Source of the DNA: Leptolyngbyaceae cyanobacterium
GTDB lineage: Bacteria; Cyanobacteriota; Cyanobacteriia; Phormidesmidales; Phormidesmidaceae
Direction: 5' to 3'
DNA length: 25,056 bases
Assembly: GCA_965263355.1 (NCBI GenBank)
Contig: CBDHHL010000030.1
Span: 1 to 25,056 of the forward strand
Shown: positions 20,159 through 25,056 of the stretch, one piece after another
How the letters are laid out: every line of letters begins with the position of its first letter
How positions within the stretch are numbered: position 1 is the first letter of the stretch
Position numbers and translations under genes: made by a program
Notes under the pieces: model-generated
Database searches by the model: none
What the model was told of the DNA's origin: nothing
The model's input: the letters and a program-made list of their open reading frames with translations, nothing else

Positions 20159-20272
20159 CTAATAGCTGATATTAACGGTATTATCCTGACCCAGGATGAC
20201 AGGAGCTGTCGGATTATTGACCTGATTACTTTCACCGCCGAACACGTTTTGTTCGTTCTGAGGATTGCTCAT
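20159..20272 (-). CDS. 37-aa N/Q/G-rich putative amyloid-signalling peptide, in frame with downstream NB-ARC (not in ORF track)
   Basis: MSNPQNEQNVFGGESNQVNNPTAPVILGQDNTVNISY*(TAG 20161-20159) matches the C-terminus of 24317..24742 (QNVFGGEANQVNNPTGPVITGGSNNTYNITT). Confidence 0.75.
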   Translation of the reverse strand: MSNPQNEQNVFGGESNQVNNPTAPVILGQDNTVNISY

Positions 20273-20288
20273 GGGTCAGGAACATAGG

Positions 20289-20335
20289 AAGAACATCTGT
20301 CCCTGTTATGGCTTATCGAGCCCGGATTTAGCAAG
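20289..20335 (-). promoter_or_regulatory. Putative promoter shared by both NLR loci
   Basis: Minus strand TTGCTA-18 bp-CATAAC-AGGG..AGATGTTCTT, conserved at 24761-24806. Confidence 0.55.
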
Positions 20336-20415
20336 ATAGGTTGATAAACTGGTTGATTCGGGAGGATGGCAACTTCGTTAAGGCTGCTGGCAACCTATTC
20401 TTAGTGTGGATTGAT

Positions 20416-20664
20416 ATGAGTATTGTGATTTCAGATGAAATAATCAGAGCGTCTGAGCTAAGTCAGGCGGAATTTTTGCAGGAAATTGCCCTCCATCTAT
20501 TTCAATCAGGGCGGTTAACCCTGGGCTATGCGGCCCAAATGGCTGAGATGGAGAGATTTGCGTTTCAGGCGTTTCTCAAATCTCGACAAGTACCACTTTA
20601 TGTTTATGACGTAGAAGATTTTGAGGTAGATCTGAAAAACTTACGCGAGCTAAACCGCCTGTGA
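20416..20664 (+). CDS. UPF0175 family antitoxin-like protein
   Basis: MSIVISDEII...EIALHLFQSGRLTLGYAAQMA...F...L...VP. ATG 20416 preferred. Confidence 0.85.
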   Translation: MSIVISDEIIRASELSQAEFLQEIALHLFQSGRLTLGYAAQMAEMERFAFQAFLKSRQVPLYVYDVEDFEVDLKNLRELNRL

Positions 20665-20690
20665 TCATTATCAGTGACACGTCAGTCATT
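20661..20690 (+). pseudogene. First ~10 codons of a DUF3368/PIN-type toxin; remainder missing
   Basis: GTGA overlap with the UPF0175 stop reads MIIISDTSVI, the typical DUF3368 N-terminus. Similarity then ends and the frame stops soon after. Confidence 0.6.
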
Positions 20691-20932
20691 TTCGTCTTCA
20701 GTCGTTATTATGGGCTACCTGCAATTCGCCCTTGGCAATGACTTTGATACGTTTTGCAACGTTGGGATAGTCCCCCAGGTTTGACCTAATTCCAGCGTCA
20801 GCATCTCTAGCTGGCTTTTTCTCATTCAGTCACAGACAAGCGCGTTTGCAACCTATACTGAATTTGAATATCCTCGAAACGATTGCCCGTGTAGTTCTCA
20901 GTTAAAATTCCGGCTTAGGAATACTGCTTAAA

Positions 20933-21493
20933 ATGACCGTCCAAATTCTGCGAAAAAAATTCACGATAGGACAGTATCACCAGATGATTGAGTCTGGCAT
21001 TTTAACTGACCGGGATCATGTGGAACTCATTCAGGGAGAAATTATTGAAATGTCGCCCGTTGGCAGACACCATGCCGCCTGTGTAGACCGCCTCAATGAG
21101 CTATTAGTCTTAAAATTATTCCGAAAAGCATTGATTCGAGTGCAAAGTCCAATTCTCCTCAGTGACGACTCTGAACCACAGCCGGATGTCTCCATCCTGC
21201 AACGACGAGAAGATTTTTATCATGCAGGGCACCCCACTCCTGCCGATATTTTTGCCCTGGTGGAAGTATCCGATAGCACTATTGACTTTGATCGAGACGT
21301 GAAAGTCCCTATATACGCTCAGGAACAGATTCCTGAGGTTTGGCTGGTTAACTTAAACGATACCCATATTGAGCGCTATCGCCAGCCCATTGCTAACACT
21401 TATCAACAACGGCAGATTTTTAATCTGGGAGAAACGCTTAACTTTCAAGCATTTCGTGATGTTCCTATAGAGGTAATTCAAGTCTTTGGATAG
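20933..21493 (+). CDS. Uma2 family (DUF820) endonuclease-fold protein
   Basis: VELIQGEIIEMSP, SEPQPDV, LVEVSDST, KVPIYA..IPEVWLVNL. Confidence 0.93.
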   Translation: MTVQILRKKFTIGQYHQMIESGILTDRDHVELIQGEIIEMSPVGRHHAACVDRLNELLVLKLFRKALIRVQSPILLSDDSEPQPDVSILQRREDFYHAGHPTPADIFALVEVSDSTIDFDRDVKVPIYAQEQIPEVWLVNLNDTHIERYRQPIANTYQQRQIFNLGETLNFQAFRDVPIEVIQVFG

Positions 21494-21670
21494 AGCAAAT
21501 GAGTTATCTCAAGATGGGTACATGGGTAGATGGGTTCTGTTTATCTCTCACCTATTCACTATAAATTGTTTACGCACGCTATGGTGAAAACATAAGCTTG
21601 GATGTTGCGTTTCAACTAGCCCTAGCCTCATGTCTGTTATTTTTTTATGCCAAAACATACTTGAATTCGC

Positions 21671-24316
21671 TCAGGTGTTTAATGCAGCCTCTACCCCATC
21701 AATCCAACTCTGTAATGCCTGAGTATTGGGATGATTTGAACCTAACGTTGTTTGGTAGATCGGCAATGCCTGCAACAGTAATGACTGAGCCGCCTTGATA
21801 TTGGCCCTGCTGATATCGTAATACCTCCAAGGTTAAAGAGGCTAGTGGCCACATCGGGATGCTCGTCGCCCAACACGCGTTTTCTCATCGCCAGGGCCTC
21901 TTGGTAGAGCGGTTCAGCCTCTGAGTAGCGCCCTTGATTGTCGTAGAGCAAGGCCAGATTGTTGAGGCTAGTGGCCACATCGGGATGCTCGTCGCCCAAC
22001 ACGCGTTTGCTCATCGCCAGGGCCTCTTGTAAGAGCGGTTCAGCCTCTGAGTAGCGCCCTTGATTGTCGTAGAGCCCTGCCAGATTGTTGAGGCTAGTGG
22101 CCACTAGGGATGCTCGTCGCCCAACACGCGTTTGCTCATCGCCAGGGGTAAGAGCGGTTCAGCCTCTGAGTAGCGCCCCGTAGAGCCCTGCCAGATTGTT
22201 GAGGCTATTGGTAGGGATGCTCGTCGCCCAACACGCGTTTTCTCATCGCCAGGGCCTCTTGTAAGAGCGGTTCAGCCTCTGAGTAGCGCCCTTGATTGTC
22301 GTAGAGCCCTGCCAGATTGTTGAGGCTAGTGGCCACAGAGGGATGCTCGTCGCCCAACACGCGTTTGCTCATCGCCAGGGCCTCTTGGTAGAGCGGTTCA
22401 GCCTCTGAGTAGCGCCCTTGATTGTCGTAGAGCCCTGCCAGATTGTTGAGGCTTTGGGCCACATCGGGATGCTCGTCGCCCAACACGCGTTTTCTCATCG
22501 CCAGGGCCTCTTGGTAGAGCGGTTCAGCCTCTGAGTAGCGCCCTTGATTTGAGGCTAGTGGTAGAGCCCTGCCAGATTGTTGAGGCTAGTGGCCACTACT
22601 GGCCACATAGGGATGCTCGTCGCCCAACACGCGTTTTCTCATCGCCAGGGCCTCTTGGTAGAGCGGTTCAGCCTCTGAGTAGCGCCCTTGATTGTCGTAG
22701 AGCCTGCCAGATTGTTGAGGCTAGTGGCCACATCGGGATGCTCGTCGCCCAACACGCGTTTTCTCATCGCCAGGGCCTCTTGTAAGAGCGGTTCAGCCTC
22801 TGAGTAGCGCCCTTGATTGTCGTAGAGCCCTGCCAGATTGTTGAGGCTAGTGGCCACATAGGGATGCTCGTCGCCCAACACGCGTTTTCTCATCGCCAGG
22901 GCCTCTTGGTAGAGCGGTTCAGCCTCTGAGTAGCGCCCTTGATTGTCGTAGAGAGCCCTGCCAGATTGTTGAGGCTACTGGCCACAGATAGGGATGCTCC
23001 TCGCCCAACCGCTCACACGCCATGGTTAGACAAGTGTCGTACCAAGTCTCAGCTTGAGCATAGAGCCCTTGACCTTCATAAAAGCGACCGAGACCAATGT
23101 AGGGCCAGACCAAATTGTCATCGCTTAGGTGAGCGTTCCACTGATGAATCACTTCAGCCATATGGGGAGTCAGGTCACTCCAAGCTAACCACTGAGACTG
23201 TGTCGGTGTCTCATCCAGCTCTTGAGCCGCTGCCACCATGGTTTGACAGTAGGTCGCTATCAACGGTGATGATTCCGACACCTTAGTCCGAATAAACCGT
23301 TGAATCAACTGATGGTATTGATAGCGCTTTTCCTCTACTCGGCGTATTACACTCAAGCGTAGTAATTCATCATCCCGTTGTTCCTCCAGGTCTTCGGCAT
23401 CCACGTCTGGGAAACACGCCTCAACACGGTCCCAGGAAATCGGAGCGAGTGCAAAACAGCTCAACAAACAGGCCAACGCCTGAGCCTCGTCGCTGAGGGC
23501 TTGCCAGCTTAATTCAAAGGCACTGGCTACCCCTAAGGTATTCGTCATCCCCGATTCTGCGTTGACTAATGCACGGGCTGCAAACGCTTGAGCCTTTAGC
23601 CGTCGTTGCATCTCTACCAGGGAGAGATCCGGTTTTCGCGCCAGATACCGCCCGACTAACTCCAAAGCTAAGGGTAAATATCCCAGCCAGTCACACAGAG
23701 CCTTTGCCTGCCCCAACTCCGCTTCAATGCGGGTTGCCCCCACCAATTGTTTAAGCAAGTCCAGCGCAGCAGGTTCTTCAAGGACCTCAATATTGACTGA
23801 GGTCACGTTAGTCGCTAGATGCTGTCGCCGGGTGGTGAGCAGTAGGGTAAACCGTTTGTTGGTCGGTAAATAGGGGGCAATGGCTTCATAGTGTGTGACA
23901 TCATCCACCACGATGAGTACTGAAGCGGGTGACCCTACCTCAGAAAACTGGGGCCATTGATTCCAGCAATAAGCAATTCTGGCGTTTAATGGCAGCTCGT
24001 CAGACGGATTTAGGTCTAAGTACCCAGCCGCAAACGCCAGTATCTGAGGGGCAATGTCCTGGTCCCGCGATTCCAGCCAGCAGACCCCACCGGGATAATC
24101 AGAGTCTCCATAGGCTCTCACATACTGCAGGGCCAGCTCTGTCTTACCGATGCCGCCCATGCCCACCACAGCCGTAATCGCTACCTGGTGAGACTGCTGT
24201 AGTTGATTATGTAACCGCTGTAAATCAGACTCCCGACCCACAAAGTGCTGGGTGCCTTTTCGCGGTGTATTATTGGGGGGCGTTAGCTTTGTCTGTGCCC
24301 GCTCAGACGACTCCAG
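21671..24316 (-). CDS. NB-ARC + TPR (NLR-like STAND) protein, copy A; repeat array with several indels; true start unresolved
   Basis: Near-identical to copy B. Stop TGA at 21673-21671 (…QSWIDGVEAALNT*). Frame open from 24316. ORF-track pieces 22919..24241, 22639..22893, 22205..22498, 21742..22104. Confidence 0.85.
21840..23010 (-). repeat. 126-bp TPR tandem array (10 G(D/E)EHP motifs, two units garbled)
   Basis: Motif at ~21856, 21982, 22107, 22213, 22340, 22466, 22610, 22735, 22861, 22991. Irregular spacing at 22107-22213 and 22466-22610. Confidence 0.9.
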
Positions 24317-24742
24317 TCAAGTCGTAATGTTGTATGTATTATTGCTACCACCCGTGATCACAGGGCCGGTCGGATTATTCACCTGGTTGGCTTCACCACC
24401 GAACACATTCTGTACATTCTGGCCTTGCACCTGGCCAATACTAATCACCTGCTGAATCTCTTGTGCTAAAGATTTCACCTGTTGGGCAAACTCGTCATCC
24501 TCAGCCATCGCTACGCCTAGGTAATTCGTGACCGTTTCCTTATCGGTCTCATCTCCCTTATCAGCCCGAGCCAGGGCCGCTTTCGCTTTTCCCTGAAACT
24601 TAGAACTGATCAGCTCTGTTAATGCGCTTAATTTTTGACCCAACTGTTTACGGGCATCGTCCGTTAAGGATTTGGTAAGTGTGCCAACCGCCGTTGTAAA
24701 AATTAGCGTTGCGATTGAGGCCGCTGTAATTGGGTCTGTCAT
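24317..24742 (-). CDS. BELL-like helical effector with C-terminal amyloid-like (BASS-type) motif
   Basis: Hydrophobic N-terminal helix MTDPITAASIATLIF, helical core ending AMAEDDEFAQQVKSLAQEI, then N/Q/G-rich tail. Adjacent to an NB-ARC-TPR gene, as known for BELL/BASS proteins. Confidence 0.75.
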   Translation of the reverse strand: MTDPITAASIATLIFTTAVGTLTKSLTDDARKQLGQKLSALTELISSKFQGKAKAALARADKGDETDKETVTNYLGVAMAEDDEFAQQVKSLAQEIQQVISIGQVQGQNVQNVFGGEANQVNNPTGPVITGGSNNTYNITT

Positions 24743-24760
24743 AGTCTAGAACGATTAAAA

Positions 24761-24806
24761 AAGAACATCTCCCCTGTTATGGCTTATTCACCCCAGAGTT
24801 AGCAAG
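24761..24806 (-). promoter_or_regulatory. Putative promoter of copy A
   Basis: TTGCTA (24805-24800)-18 bp-CATAAC (24781-24776), same as upstream of copy B. Confidence 0.55.
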
Positions 24807-25056
24807 TACCCTTGATGGATTTTTATTCAAATAAAAAGGCCCCTGCATAATCACAGAAGCCTCATTTGATGTTCTTTTGTACGATCTATTCAGACCGACA
24901 GAATATTAGTATGGCTCAAGTCGCTGGCATTGTGATCAGATTGGATTTTGACCTCTGGACTAATCGCGGCCTAAATCGGTCAACTGTCACACTCCTCAAC
25001 CCCTGATTCAATGGTTAAGGGCATTCGCTGAAACCCTTATAACTGCGTTGATTAGT

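Noticed and set aside
17935..23010. Regular repeats as a CRISPR array
   Set aside because: Units are contiguous 126-bp coding repeats (42-aa TPR) with no unique spacers and no cas genes.
17716..24316. Diversity-generating retroelement (template/variable repeat pair)
   Set aside because: No reverse transcriptase in the window, differences are not adenine-specific, and both copies are full coding genes.
17716..24316. Whole NLR duplication as an assembly artefact
   Set aside because: The copies differ by scattered substitutions, distinct 5' regions, different stop codons and a unique intervening segment.
24317..24319. In-frame TGA as selenocysteine (or TAG as pyrrolysine)
   Set aside because: The paralogs use different stop codons at the same site, and the position is a linker with no catalytic context.
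1969..24455. Numerous short ORFs nested antisense or out of frame in longer genes (e.g. 1969..2166, 8663..9043, 14007..14327, 19771..20019, 24252..24455)
   Set aside because: Shadow ORFs of well-supported genes with no recognisable motifs.

Overview
Cyanobacterial chromosome segment, judged from recurrent HIP1 GCGATCGC sites, DUF1350, Uma2 and XisA-like integrases. A Leptolyngbya-like host is my inference. It has three parts. (1) 1-6610 is an integration hotspot between a 3' fragment of tRNA-Val(TAC) and an intact, convergent tRNA-Val(GAC). It holds four tyrosine recombinase genes or remnants, including two XisA/XisC-like paralogs diverging from the tRNA fragment, each with an excisionase-like gene and arm-type repeats. 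(2) 6787-17530 is an ordinary core region: DUF1350, secreted TPR protein, rpsU, VOC protein, metallophosphoesterase, trmB, hydantoin racemase-like, GH9 and a probable 6S RNA. (3) 17716-24810 is a tandem duplication of an NLR-like NB-ARC/TPR gene with near-identical 126-bp repeats. The most notable observation: in both copies an N/Q/G-rich amyloid-like motif lies in frame with the NB-ARC-TPR but is separated from it by one stop codon at the homologous position (TGA in one copy, TAG in the other). The motif ends a BELL-like helical effector in one copy and forms an unannotated 37-aa peptide in the other. The linker after the stop evolves as coding sequence. This suggests a stop-codon-readthrough-gated amyloid-signalling immune system. 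That interpretation is inference and needs proteomic and comparative tests.
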